From Podarcis bocagei (lineage: Eukaryota): a stretch of DNA of 64,000 bases. Position 1 is the stretch's first letter, and every line of letters starts with the position of its first letter. Of this stretch, positions 53,301 to 62,346 are shown piece by piece. The translations under genes and the position numbers were made by a program. The DNA lies in the NCBI GenBank assembly GCA_964188305.1, contig OZ076897.1; one strand, given 5' to 3'. The notes under the pieces are model-generated. The model was not told the origin of the DNA. It searched no databases and saw only the letters and a list, made by a program, of their open reading frames with translations.

Positions 53301-56300
53301 CTGATTTTCATACCTTTTGGGTTATTTTTATACCATATTGACTTGAAAAAACATATGTTTTGTTACCATACATTTTTCTTCTATAGATCACTGGATTCAG
53401 TGTGTTTAGGTTTTATATGCTAAATATTTTCCATTATGAATATGTAGCAATTGGAATACTCCAGATGTCTGTGTTGAAATGTTTAAAAAGTATTGTTGCC
53501 TGAATATGTGCATATTTGCTATGAAACATGTTTGTGTTTGACTCCACAGAAAGGTGGTGGATATCATCTCGATCTGCTCATGGTTGGCATGATGTTAGGT
53601 ATATGCTCAATTATGGGCTTGCCGTGGTTTGTGGCTGCAACTGTTCTTTCTATAAGTCATGTCAACAGTTTAAAAGTAGAATCCGAGTGTTCTGCTCCTG
53701 GGGAGCAGCCAAAGTTCCTGGGAATTCGTGAGCAGAGAGTCACAGGATTAATGATCTTTGTGTTGATGGGGCTGTCTGTATTTATGACATCTGTATTAAA
53801 GGTAAGAAAAAAAAGTTTATTCCGTAACATTATGTAGGCTGAACATGCTAGTAAAACAGTATTAAAAGTCCCAGTGGTATGGCTTCAATGATATGAACAT
53901 GCCTCTCACCATATCCAACCAATCTCAGTAGAAAATCATGTGTTAAACATGAAAAGTATACCTATAGTATGTTTTTTATATTGTGTTAAGTTCATTATTC
54001 TGAGTTCAGATGGGTTTTAATGGCTTGTCCACTTGTTCTGACGCTTTGTCCTGAGAAAACCTACTGTTTGCGCTGAATCAGAACAGACATCAATTGGTTT
54101 TTCTGCGGGGAAACCGGCAGGACAAATGAAAAACCACTTGGACCTGTGCCTAGAAAACCTAGAAAGCGGAAAATCACTCGGACCCGTGCATTACTGGCAC
54201 AGGACAAGCAAATGTGTGGACGAGCCCTAAGTTTTCTGTTAAACACACATTCAGTTAATTGTTGTTGAATCATGCATTTTCCCTAATTGGATGCAGTGCT
54301 CAAGCCTGTGACTTTGATAAACAATAACTGTTAGCAAAAAGATGGTAGCAAATGCATTCACTGATCTGTTAATGAACTTGCTGATCTTTTCCCCACAGTT
54401 TATTCCAATGCCCGTTTTATATGGTGTTTTTCTTTACATGGGAGCATCCTCACTAAAAGGCATCCAGGCAAGTTCTATTTTAATCAGTATCTGAGGGGAA
54501 AAGGTGAAAAATAGATACTATAGCTTGGCATTTCTCCCTAGCCCCCCAAAGGTCGCCCCTAAGAGTTGTGGGGGGTGCTCATAGCATGGTATTGGAACAA
54601 GGAGTTTTGCAGTAGGAGGCAACAATTGGTGGAAACTGGGTGCGATGGCAACTCTGCGGGCAGACTGAGGATTGCAGGGAACTAGGACACTATTTTTCTT
54701 ACGCTTATTTGCCTGTTCCCACAAAGCATCAGAAGGTGGCTTCAGCAGGGTGCGAAAGGCATTGGCTTAATGCAGCTTAAAACTGAGGAGGAAGCGTTCT
54801 TTACATCTCTTTCTTTGACTTGGAGTCATGTTTGTACTCCTCTCCTGAACCAGTCTCTTGAGTACTGCTCACAACCACTTAGATTTTAACAATATTAATG
54901 ACAATTAATTAATTAGTTTAGAACAGGGGTGCCTTCTAGATGCTGTTCAGCTCCCATCATCCCACCAGCCTGCATAACCAGTAGTCAGGGATAATGTGAT
55001 ACATAGTCTAGTAACGTATGGAAAGCCACAGGTTAGGCACTCCTTGTTTAGAAATTCTCATGGGATGGGTTCTGGCTAAATCATACTCAGAATGATCCAT
55101 TGACTAACTTTAGTCCATTGATTTTAATTGGTCTACTCAGTGTGTGACTTGAATGCTACTCAGTTTGTTTTTGCAGCTTGGGTAACTCTGTTATCAGTCT
55201 AATCAAGTAATGCTTTAAGTATTTGACCAATAGTTGGACAGTCAAATTCGCAACCCTGCCTAATTTTGCAATCCCTTCAGTTTATATTTCTGATCATTTT
55301 TCTTTCCTAATTTCCTCTTTAGGATGAAAAAAAGTTCAATAACTTTCCCCCCCTTTTCAATTTAGTTTTTTGACCGTATCAAATTGTTTGGAATGCCGGC
55401 CAAACATCAGCCTGATTTGATCTATCTGCGTTACGTGCCGCTCTGGAAGGTTCATGTATTTACGGTAGTTCAACTCACCTGTCTTGTTCTTTTGTGGGCA
55501 ATTAAAGCATCTGCTGCTGCTGTTGTTTTTCCTATGATGGTAAGTAAATAATTATAGTGTATTTGAGAATATACATTTGTGTCAACTTAATATATTAGAC
55601 AAAGAATTTGCACCATACAATTTTGTCTTGTATAACTCAGTCTGTATTAGTTTTATCCTTTCTATTAGTGTTCTGATCTTTGTGTGATGGCTGTTGTTTT
55701 TAAATTGTTGTTTTCAAGGTTTTAGCTCTAGTTTTCATTCGCAAACTTTTGGATTTGTGTTTCACCAAACGGGAGCTCAGTTGGCTTGATGACCTTATGC
55801 CAGAAAGTAAGAAGAAGAAGGAAGATGACAAAAAGAAAAAAGCAAAGGAAGTAAGTTTGATTGTAATTTATAACAAAAAAAGAACAACTGAAATCAGTGG
55901 GGGGTTTTGGGGGTGGGGGCAAGAGCAAAACATTGTTCCTATAGGTTTTCATAGATCCGTCACCAGTATGGTTTTAGAATTTGTATAAATACATGAAAAT
56001 TGAGGTGCAATTTTACTCCTTTGGGTGTTGTTCTGAAGTGCCCCCAGACTTTAACAGGCTTTTCAGGGATCTGTGAAGCTACCACTGGAAACAAGAGCTG
56101 AAAAGCTCCTGCATATGATTGGAGCAGTGTTCATGACGTTATGGATTATTATTTATTGTATGTCTTTTTTTTTATAAGATATTTATTGAGATTTTCAAAA
56201 TGTTACAAAATAAAATAAAAGCAGAAGAAAATACAAAATAAAAATAGTTAACAAAGTAGAAAAAGAAAAGAAAACAAACCCCATCCAACCATACGAATAC

Positions 56301-59300
56301 AAATTCAAAAATAAGAAAAAGATACAAAAAAAATTACAAAAATACACCACAAACAATTAAGAACATTTAAAAACAAATTCATTATTCTCCAATCCTCAAC
56401 TGTCATTACCTTCTTTCTTTGACCTCCTCCTCCTCCCTTTCTTTGTATCCTAGTTATTAATTATCCCAGCAAATCCTTTCCATATTTCATAATATTCTGT
56501 CATTACATTACCCTAAACTGTTTTAATCTTATCTTTCTATAGGAAAATAAAGCTTAAAACTTAAATCTTATCCTTACCAACTTCTCATAACCATAATATT
56601 CTTTCATAATTCTTTAAACATCTTTACTAAAGCCGAGTAATTTCATTCCAACATTTTCCTGACATTCATCAATTTTATAAAACAGTTCTAATGGTAAAAA
56701 AAAAGAAATACAAACAGATCCAATCTTCATCCAACGTCTCTTCCTCCTGGTTCCGGGTTTTGTCAGTCCTTATTATCCTATTATTTATTGTATGTCTTGC
56801 CTGCCCTTCACTAGTATGTCCCAGCGCAGGTTGTTGTACGTACATAAAAATACAATCAAAACTGAAACAGTGAAAAAGCAACCCAATACATAACCCCAAA
56901 ACATAATCGATACAACACAGTGCAAAATGCTAACTGGAAGACGATGTAAATAATACACGGTGCAAGTTACTGATTAAAGTGCTAACAAGATTTCATAAAT
57001 GTTTCTTTTTGATATCAATAGCATAATTTGGCACTGATTTGTACCACACACCCCATTTGATGACCCAAATGGGTTGGGTATTACCCTCTTCATGTCATGG
57101 AGGCAGGAGAGCAAAGAACCCATCAGTTTTTTCTCTCCTTATCTCCTATACTTCCCCACTCAACACTGGAACTCCACCCTTTCACCTTGATTCTCACCCA
57201 AGGCCCAAACAAACTCACTATCCAATGGCAGAGCTTCCTTTTCTGGACAGGCCCTGAAGTATGATAGAGCTTCCTTTAGGTTGTGTCCCATTCAGCAATT
57301 CATAGAATCATAGAATCATAGAGTTGGAAGAGACCACAAGGGCCATCGAGTCCCACCCCCTGCCAAGCAGGAAACACCATCAGAGCACTCCTGACATATG
57401 GTTGTCAAGCCTCTGCTTAAAGACCTCCAAAGAAGGAGACTCCACCACACTCCTTGGCAGCAAATTCCACTGTCGAACAGCTCTTACTGTCAGGAAGTTC
57501 TTCCTAATGTTTAGGTAGAATCTTCTTTCTTGTAGTAATCAACTGCGCTTTGCAAACCCAATTTCAGGCTACAGCATACAGTGAGTTTCCTGGGGTAATG
57601 GAGTGGAGGGGCAAGTGATGGTAAATTACCTGCTCTCATAGCTCTGTCTCTGGGCTCTGCATGCCACTGCTCTTGAAGATGTGTTTCTCCACTTATTTAA
57701 TTGAATTAAAATCTCATTTGTAAGTGCAAGAGCAGGAATATTCCCCCTTCCTAAATTCATCTGGACTAAATGGACTAAATTTAAAATTGTGACCCAGACC
57801 CTTCTTTCAATATGCAAGGGCATGCATGCATTGAATCAAGTGCTGACTCAATATTACTATAAACAAGAGATGCATGATGGGGACTGGGGTCTTTTGTAAG
57901 AAGCAAGAAAACCTCCTGGATCAGGCCAGTGGCTCATCTACTCAAGCATCCATGTTCTTGCAGTGGCCAACCAGGCATCTATGGGAACATTTTCCCCACA
58001 TAAACATGCTCCTTAAACAACCTTAACCCACTCTTCCTCTAGATATCCCAAGTGATGGGAGAATGGTGGATTAGAATGGATTAGAGATCATGTCATATTT
58101 TAGGGTTTGATGGATGGATCCCTCAGACTCCCATGGATCACAGCAGATACCCAATTTTGTTGGTACCAGTGGGTTGACAGCAGCTGCTGGCACTGCACTC
58201 GAAGGCCCCGTACCCTGATATTCTAAATGGCTTCTCAGATGGCGTGGGCAGTAGTTTCCAGAAAGAAAGGGACTCAAGCTTCATTACCTGTGTGAAACTC
58301 TTTAAATATCCCCTATTCTGTGTCCCAAATATGACTTGGAGGGGTCGGTAGGTGACTGGGCAGGATGCCATGTTGTACAATTATAATGTAGCACTATCCA
58401 AAATACAGTTATGGCCACCGCTCTGTATTTAAAGTACATTGGAAATCATACAAGGCCTTGTTTGCATGCCTCATTCTTGTAGAGTAAAATAATTAAATAT
58501 GTATTGGGTAATGTGTAACTTTCAGGAAGCTGAACGAATGTTTCAGACAGTGGACAGTGAAACTATACACCTTCCATATGACAGAGGCGATGTGTTAGAG
58601 ATTCCCGTGAAAGCTCTAAAATACAGGTGTGATATATATCTATTATTTTTATTGTAATTGAAATACATTTATTGAAATTAATGTATTTGAACTATTGTGA
58701 ATCAGTACTGACCTATAAATCTGGGATTCAACTGTCTGGGAAAGAGGAACAAAAAATCAGACCTCCTTATGTCTACAATATGGTTTTATATATCTATTTT
58801 AAATTACATTTTATTAATGTGACCCTTTTGAACAGATCAGATGACTCACTTTCAACCAGCTGTTCTCAGGGTGAAGAAGCTGTTTTGGTCAGTTCTGTCT
58901 AGTGTGCTACTGTGCATGGCTAATGATGTGAGAAGCATTGAAGATACTAAATATAATCTGAGCCATAAATTTACCAGCTGCTTAAAGCCTGGACAGTATT
59001 TTATTTTTTTAAAAAAAGAAAACAAAAAAGCTCTATATAGTAATTTCCTTTTAACGTAAAACAAACAAACAAAAAACAAACATTGTGTACATTTTAAAAA
59101 AGTTGTCTGGGGACACTTGATAATATAGTGGTACCTCCGGTTATGAACTTAAATCGTTCAGGAGGTCCGTTCTTAAGCCGAAACCGCTCATAACATGAGC
59201 CGTGCTTTCACCTCCCGCTGCTGCCGTGCTCCCGGCATGCAACTTCCGCTCGCATCTCGGGGCAAAGTTCGCAACCGGAAGCATCTACTTCTGTAACCCG

Positions 59301-62300
59301 AAGTGTTCGCAAGGAGGACTGTATGTAACACGAGGTTCCACTGTAAACGGACTTAAAGGACATAGCCCTTAACCCTTTAATTTATCTACTACTAAAATCA
59401 ATCCCAATTGAGTATCCTTTTTTTCAAGTTAAAACAAAGAGATGTTGTTCATTAATGTTGTTTGCTACTCACCTTTCTTACAAGGTAACTCAAACTGACT
59501 CCTATTAAAACCTATTAGAAACAACAATAAAAACCTAAAAACACAACAATTTGAACAACACTAAAAACACAAAGAAGGCAGGACAAAGAAGCTAATATAT
59601 ACCATTCAAATTAAAGGGCCAGAAGCCCAGGAAAAAATGAAACGTCTTTGCCTTTTCCAGCCAGCTCATTTTCAGAACATTTTCCATCCTTCCTCTGTAA
59701 TCTGTTTGAAAGGAACATGTATACTTTTAAAATAATTTGTCTTGGCAAAATATTTGGCTCCAGTTGGAATACCAAAGCTCCTAAGGCTACAGTCATCAAC
59801 CACTTTACCCAGGAACATACCTTCTTCCATATAGAGCTAGTTGGGATTAAGTGACTTAAGAATAGCATTCCAACAAGTTTTTCAATATCAGCAAGCATCC
59901 CTAGCCATATTCTCAAGTTTGTTTTATAAAAAGATACTTCTACTTATTTTCTTATGGTGGCCCCTAGTTTGTATGGATTTGGCCAATATACATTTTTCTT
60001 TGGAACACATGAAAATAACCAAAATACTTCTTTGTAAGAATTTTGGGTGAGCAAGAAAATATGTGATAGAGAAAATAAGTACCTGAAATTCTTACAAAGA
60101 AGTATTTTGTTTATTCTCATGTGTTCCAGAGAAAAATGTTGCTAGTACAGAAGTAGTTCAGATCTGCTCTCAAAATGGACTCAGTTAGAATTGGAGTCTT
60201 TCATACAAATATTTCTACTGGCATATGATGATTAAAAACACTCAGTAAGCCAATCCAGTTTTTCCTGTAATGGAATACCTTTTTTAGCCCAGGGATTCTT
60301 ATACCACATGTATGGATACAGAATGTAGTATTTAACACAACACGTCACTAGTGGCTGGGTAAATACATAACATAAGGCTCAAATGATGTAAAGAGCATGA
60401 GACATAATTAATGCTTTTGCAAGGCACTGAGTACTAATCAAGTTGTGTTTGTTGTCTAGCATTGATCCTTCAGTTGTAAACATATCAGATGAAATGGCCA
60501 AAACTGCACAGTGGAAGGCTCTTTCCATGAACACAGAGAATGCCAAAGTAACAAGATCTAACTTGAGGTAGCTTAAAACTACTCACCTTTCTGATTATGC
60601 TTTGATTTTGTTGAGCTGTGGAAGTAATTTTGATTGGTATTTATATTTATATCCCTGAATGCCCAAATAAGAGTTTATATCACACATCTGACCTGTGAAA
60701 CAATGGAAAAGTTTATGAGACCTAGGAAAGAAAAAGACTAGTTTCTAAACTTGGAAGTCTGGGATCCCAAGAACAGTAAAACTAGTGTCATGAGTTGGAG
60801 ATGCCCATAGAATTTCCTTAAATAACAGCCTATCATTCTGCAAAACAAATGTGCTTTAGAAGTGAGGGTATCTTTTTAAAAGCCCAGTTTGCTTACATGT
60901 TATGAGGGTCATTTTCAAAGAAAAATATATATAATGGATTAGCATAAGGCTCTTGATTAAACTGGGGTTGTTTTTTTGGATAATGGACAGAAGATGATAT
61001 TCAGTATTTCCCCTCTAGTGGTAGAAGGCATCTATCAGCAAAATGAGTGAGAGAGGCAGTTTTTGACATTTATTCTCCCTCCACTCACAGCCCCCAATCA
61101 AAAGTTGATCCAGGAAGTCCTACTGGAAGGGAAGTGTTGGATATCACCCAAAGCACATTTTCTGTGTATTATAGTGATTTAGATATGGTGTGGCTCTTTT
61201 AAAAATATTTAATCTGTGGCATAATGGACCAAAGAATGGCATGCATAGCTGTTTCATATCGTTTCTACTCATTGTGGAACTTTAATTTGGAATAAAGAGT
61301 AGAAAAGACACAAAGCATGACACCCTTCCCCCCCATTCGGCTACAGATGCACATACACAAACACAAATTTCACAAAAGCTTGCTTGCTACTAGGAATTTC
61401 AAATATTCTTAGTCCTGTAGCTGCACACTTGAGATCATGAATGTTGAGGCTGGTTGCAAGACCTCATTATTTATTTAATTTTTATACTACCTTCATCCAA
61501 AGTTCTCTGGGCAGTTTACAGCATAAAAATAAAATATTTAAACAAAACGAAACAACAAAACCTTTCCCACATTACAGCTGGTTTCAGATGTAACATGAAA
61601 CCATGGCTTGTGCTAACCATAGTTAAGAACCCACTTCATAGTCTGAGCTTCTTGACATATGCCAGGCTGACTATAGGTCTGAGATGCTTGTCTGCTCAGA
61701 ATTCAGCTTCATGTTTCCATGGTGAAGCAGCCTCTTGCGCTGGGACAATGGCCCTGTGATTTGTCAATGTCCTGTGAATTCACATATAATAGGAACTTAG
61801 AATTATTAGGTGGGTTCAGGTTCAGGCTGCATCTGAATCCAGACTAAATGCATGTTTCCTAGTCTGTCACTGACCTTACATGGCAGTCTTACATGTCTAC
61901 CCAAAAATAAGCACCAAAGTATTAAGTGGATATAGAATTGCAGCCTTAAAGTTGAATAATTAGTGGTGGTTTATTGCAATTATATTGAATACACATGCAT
62001 CTATAGGAAGAAAAGCTGAAAATGGCTTAAATGTTTAGCGAAAAACAGCATTCAAGCCATAAACCCTAAGAGAATAATCTTGAATCCATGTTAAACTTCT
62101 CTGATGTGCTTCATGTGCTTGAAATGTGTTAACTTGAGTGTGTGTATGTGCATGTTCATAATAAAAAATAATTTGTGATACATGAAATACAGGTGCTATT
62201 TGATAAAATTTGAGTGTGTTATATATTCTTTAGCTTGTCTAACCTTGTGAATTGTTCTTAACAGCTCTGAAAAAGAAGAGTGTGTGAAAATAGACATGGA

Positions 62301-62346
62301 AAATACTCCTGAAACAAAGTATGTAGATGCTGAAACCTCATTATAG
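1528..62346 (+). CDS. SLC4A7: SLC4A7 / NBCn1 electroneutral sodium-bicarbonate cotransporter, multi-exon CDS span (26 visible coding exons plus 1 inferred in an assembly gap; ~1267 aa with all cassettes)
   Basis: Exon translations match NBCn1 as I recall it: [53 protein letters not shown], cassette II with PKVVIH, TM domain, cassette [11 protein letters not shown]. Splice phases are consistent throughout except across the gap. MEAD-like N-terminus, cassette II and ETSL separate it from SLC4A8/SLC4A10. Confidence 0.97.
2394..2425. repeat. (TAA/TAG)n microsatellite
   Basis: taatagtaatagtaataataataataataata. Confidence 0.85.
3955..3993 (+). CDS. Candidate optional 39-nt exon in SLC4A7 intron 1 ([13 protein letters not shown])
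   Basis: ttcttacag| acceptor, GAG|GTGGGG donor, 13 sense codons in phase 0/0 matching the flanking exons. No transcript evidence available. Confidence 0.4.
7360..8853 (+). mobile_element. CR1 LINE relic (ORF2 fragments plus 3' end), internally deleted
   Basis: [47 protein letters not shown] motifs; 3' end CCCTTCCAGCTCTACAGTTTTGTGA; stops and frameshifts. Boundaries approximate. Confidence 0.9.
7468..7714. mobile_element. hAT (Charlie-like) MITE nested in CR1
   Basis: Termini CATGGGTAGGCAAAC / GTTTGCTGACCCCTG; perfect 8-bp TSD GGTTAGAA (7460-7467, 7715-7722). Confidence 0.88.
8869..9090. mobile_element. Tc1/mariner (Tigger-like) MITE
   Basis: TA|CAGTTGTTCCTC ... GAGGTACCACTG|TA. Confidence 0.75.
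10010..10337. mobile_element. Tc1/mariner (Tigger-like) MITE, copy 1
   Basis: TA TSD; TIRs CAGTGGTGCCTCACAAGACGAA / TTCGTCTTGCGGGGCACCACTG; near-identical copy at 35786-36112. Confidence 0.9.
11609..11798. repeat. Diverged tandem duplication, period ~108 bp
   Basis: CCTATAG..TGGTCCTGTGTCATTCTG..CTAGTAC..GCCC..AAAGAATGGAC occurs starting at 11609 and 11717. Confidence 0.8.
12030..12220 (+). mobile_element. Squamate SINE (L2-tailed type), decayed
   Basis: CCCCATTCGGCCATGAAGCTCAC..TGACC..GGGCAAG..CTCTCAGCC..CCTAC body and AAATAATAA tail, recognised from similar reptile SINEs. Boundaries approximate. Confidence 0.6.
13965..14515 (+). mobile_element. CR1 LINE endonuclease-domain relic
   Basis: Degenerate ETWW..., YRKDREG..GGA..YLKEGI, LDLILS motifs; many stops. 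Boundaries approximate. Confidence 0.65.
18885..19275 (+). mobile_element. Decayed CR1-type LINE 3' fragment containing a perfect fold-back
   Basis: AATACTAAAACTCAGGGTCATGCAATGAAGCTGATTGGCAGCAGG matches the TRGH.MKL CR1 ORF2 tail. Boundaries approximate. Confidence 0.55.
19004..19098. repeat. Perfect 42-bp inverted repeat, 11-nt spacer
   Basis: ACAACAATTGGGGCAGGTATGCTTGAGATCGATAACATTTTG at 19004-19045 and its exact reverse complement at 19057-19098. Confidence 0.95.
20391..20697 (-). mobile_element. 5'-truncated poly(A) retroposon (L1-like 3' end)
   Basis: T-run and TTTATT at the left end; 16-bp TSD TAGTTGTGG(T/C)CATCTT at 20375-20390 and 20698-20713. Confidence 0.75.
20757..20994. mobile_element. 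Tc1/mariner (Tigger-like) MITE
   Basis: TA|CAGTCATACCTCGG ... CCAGAGGTACCACTG|TA. Confidence 0.8.
21430..21560. mobile_element. Old hAT-type MITE common in squamates
   Basis: GATGGGAGTTGTAGTC..ATCTGGAGGG..CAGGTT..CCTG end; a related copy lies at ~54924-55045. Confidence 0.55.
22164..22353. other. Assembly gap (190 N)
   Basis: N run. Confidence 0.99.
23862..23943 (+). CDS. SLC4A7: SLC4A7 exon [27 protein letters not shown]
   Basis: tttttag| acceptor, |gtaagt donor, 82 nt. Confidence 0.95.
24506..24543 (-). ncRNA. Minimal type I hammerhead ribozyme motif (antisense strand, identical copy)
   Basis: Exact reverse complement of 24557-24594. Confidence 0.78.
24557..24594 (+). ncRNA. Minimal type I hammerhead ribozyme motif (sense strand)
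   Basis: GUAU-CUGAAGA-A-GUGUG(CAUG)CACAC-GAAA-GC-UC|-AUAC: stem I GUAU/AUAC, core CUGAnGA and GAAA, 5-bp stem II, palindromic AGCU mini stem III, UH site after 24590. Confidence 0.8.
26353..26387. repeat. (AC)n microsatellite
   Basis: About 17 AC units; a shorter (TA)(CA)n tract lies at ~21590-21626. Confidence 0.9.
26811..27630 (-). mobile_element. L2 LINE 3' fragment with (TAAA)n tail
   Basis: (TTTA)n at the left, then GGGAGAGCATTCCACAAGTGGGGAGCCACTGCAGAAAA and GCAGTAATCTAATCT..G typical of antisense L2. Right boundary approximate. Confidence 0.75.
26933..27080. mobile_element. GC-rich hAT-type MITE nested in L2
   Basis: TIRs CAGTGGCGTAGCGTGGG / CCCATGCTACGCCACTG; inserted in a C-run (imperfect TSD); CpGs retained. 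Confidence 0.8.
28479..28622 (+). CDS. SLC4A7: SLC4A7 exon (S)[28 protein letters not shown]...DGRDSPSY
   Basis: aag| acceptor, |gtaaaa donor, 144 nt. Confidence 0.94.
30474..30612 (+). CDS. SLC4A7: SLC4A7 exon (D)[32 protein letters not shown]...EWKETAR
   Basis: aag| acceptor, |gtaacc donor, 139 nt. Confidence 0.95.
31266..31426 (+). CDS. SLC4A7: SLC4A7 exon [34 protein letters not shown]...LDEIA
   Basis: ttcag| acceptor, |gttaca donor, 161 nt; SLC4 N-terminal signature motif. Confidence 0.96.
32300..32488 (+). CDS. SLC4A7: SLC4A7 exon (D)[10 protein letters not shown]...[18 protein letters not shown]; last 39 nt (32450-32488) are cassette I
   Basis: tatag| acceptor, |gtgaga donor, 189 nt; internal TAG|GCAAGA alternative donor at 32449. 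Confidence 0.95.
33781..34137 (+). CDS. SLC4A7: SLC4A7 cassette II exon (119 codons; [12 protein letters not shown]...[15 protein letters not shown]...DIIP)
   Basis: ctcag| acceptor; 357 nt, symmetric phase 1; PKVVIH corresponds to the mammalian calcineurin-docking PTVVIH; homology places the donor at CAG|GCAACT (GC). Confidence 0.9.
35786..36112. mobile_element. Tc1/mariner (Tigger-like) MITE, copy 2
   Basis: TA TSD; same TIRs and body as 10010-10337, same orientation. Confidence 0.9.
37709..37824 (+). CDS. SLC4A7: SLC4A7 exon (G)[13 protein letters not shown]...[11 protein letters not shown]
   Basis: tgtag| acceptor, |gtaaac donor, 116 nt. Confidence 0.95.
38896..38955 (+). CDS. SLC4A7: SLC4A7 cassette IV exon (20 aa, [20 protein letters not shown])
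   Basis: Polypyrimidine tract plus cag| acceptor, |gtaagt donor, 60 nt phase 0/0 between the DFSK and VDMNF exons. Size and position match the 20-aa cassette IV described for mammalian NBCn1. Confidence 0.85.
39482..39639 (+). CDS. SLC4A7: SLC4A7 exon [26 protein letters not shown]...EVPVPTR
   Basis: atag| acceptor, |gtaagg donor, 158 nt. Confidence 0.95.
40000..40087 (+). CDS. SLC4A7: SLC4A7 exon [29 protein letters not shown]
   Basis: cacag| acceptor, |gtgagt donor, 88 nt. Confidence 0.95.
40777..40923 (+). CDS. SLC4A7: SLC4A7 exon [49 protein letters not shown]
   Basis: aag| acceptor, |gtaaga donor, 147 nt. Confidence 0.95.
41660..41757 (+). CDS. SLC4A7: SLC4A7 exon [32 protein letters not shown](R)
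   Basis: tacag| acceptor, |gtgtgt donor, 98 nt, ends in phase 2. Confidence 0.94.
43596..43839. other. Assembly gap (244 N), probably hiding one SLC4A7 coding exon
   Basis: N run inside the only intron whose flanking exon phases (2 then 0) are incompatible. Confidence 0.9.
46970..47103 (+). CDS. SLC4A7: SLC4A7 exon [44 protein letters not shown]
   Basis: ctcag| acceptor, |gtaagt donor, 134 nt; SLC4 TM signature [12 protein letters not shown]. Confidence 0.96.
47670..47915 (+). CDS. SLC4A7: SLC4A7 exon [16 protein letters not shown]...[25 protein letters not shown]...LTLY
   Basis: aacag| acceptor, |gtaagt donor, 246 nt. Confidence 0.96.
48421..48526 (+). CDS. SLC4A7: SLC4A7 exon [35 protein letters not shown] (large extracellular loop)
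   Basis: gtcag| acceptor, |gtgagt donor, 106 nt; CxC motif and N-glycosylation sequons NET, NKS, NLT. Confidence 0.94.
49922..50083 (+). CDS. SLC4A7: SLC4A7 exon [27 protein letters not shown]...RYFPTK
   Basis: tacag| acceptor, |gtaatt donor, 162 nt. Confidence 0.95.
51341..51454 (+). CDS. SLC4A7: SLC4A7 exon [38 protein letters not shown]
   Basis: tttag| acceptor, |gtaagt donor, 114 nt. Confidence 0.96.
51464..51498. repeat. (GTA)n(ATA)n microsatellite just 3' of a splice donor
   Basis: gtagtagtagtagtagtagtagtagtaataataat starting 10 nt into the intron. Confidence 0.9.
52869..53030 (+). CDS. SLC4A7: SLC4A7 exon [19 protein letters not shown]...[20 protein letters not shown]
   Basis: caag| acceptor, |gtgaaa donor, 162 nt. 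Confidence 0.95.
53550..53801 (+). CDS. SLC4A7: SLC4A7 exon [13 protein letters not shown]...[19 protein letters not shown]...IREQRVTG...TSVLK
   Basis: cacag| acceptor, |gtaaga donor, 252 nt. Confidence 0.96.
54399..54467 (+). CDS. SLC4A7: SLC4A7 exon [23 protein letters not shown]
   Basis: cacag| acceptor, 69 nt, GC donor CAG|GCAAGT. Confidence 0.94.
55366..55539 (+). CDS. SLC4A7: SLC4A7 exon [30 protein letters not shown]...VVFPMM
   Basis: tttag| acceptor, |gtaagt donor, 174 nt. Confidence 0.96.
55719..55850 (+). CDS. SLC4A7: SLC4A7 exon [44 protein letters not shown]
   Basis: caag| acceptor, |gtaagt donor, 132 nt. Confidence 0.96.
56167..56778 (-). mobile_element. 5'-truncated L1/Tx1-like LINE 3' end
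   Basis: Perfect 20-bp TSD TATTATTTATTGTATGTCTT (56147-56166, 56779-56798); T-run at left; minus-strand [12 protein letters not shown] resembles a squamate L1 ORF2 C-terminus. Confidence 0.8.
57300..57536 (-). mobile_element. CR1 LINE 3' end (young)
   Basis: (CATAGAAT)n tail, GAGTTGGAAGAGACC, GCTCTTACTGTCAGGAAGTTCTTCCTAATGTTTAGG. Confidence 0.88.
58526..58626 (+). CDS. SLC4A7: SLC4A7 exon [33 protein letters not shown](S)
   Basis: ttcag| acceptor, |gtgtga donor, 101 nt. Confidence 0.93.
59126..59343. mobile_element. Tc1/mariner (Tigger-like) MITE
   Basis: TA|TAGTGGTACCTCCGGTTA ... TAACACGAGGTTCCACTG|TA. Confidence 0.78.
59991..60138. repeat. 58-bp imperfect inverted repeat, 32-nt spacer
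   Basis: Arms 59991-60048 and 60081-60138; 5 differences, three of which are G-U pairable on the sense strand. Confidence 0.9.
60460..60567 (+). CDS. SLC4A7: SLC4A7 cassette III exon (36 aa; [35 protein letters not shown])
   Basis: tctag| acceptor, |gtagct donor, 108 nt, symmetric phase 2. Confidence 0.93.
62265..62346 (+). CDS. SLC4A7: SLC4A7 terminal coding exon [26 protein letters not shown] (class I PDZ ligand)
   Basis: aacag| acceptor; TAG at 62344-62346; ETSL C-terminus. Confidence 0.94.

Noticed and set aside
8600-57536. Oppositely oriented CR1 3' ends as a circRNA-driving pair
   Set aside because: Diverged, ~48 kb apart and not adjacent to a specific exon block; no evidence from sequence alone.
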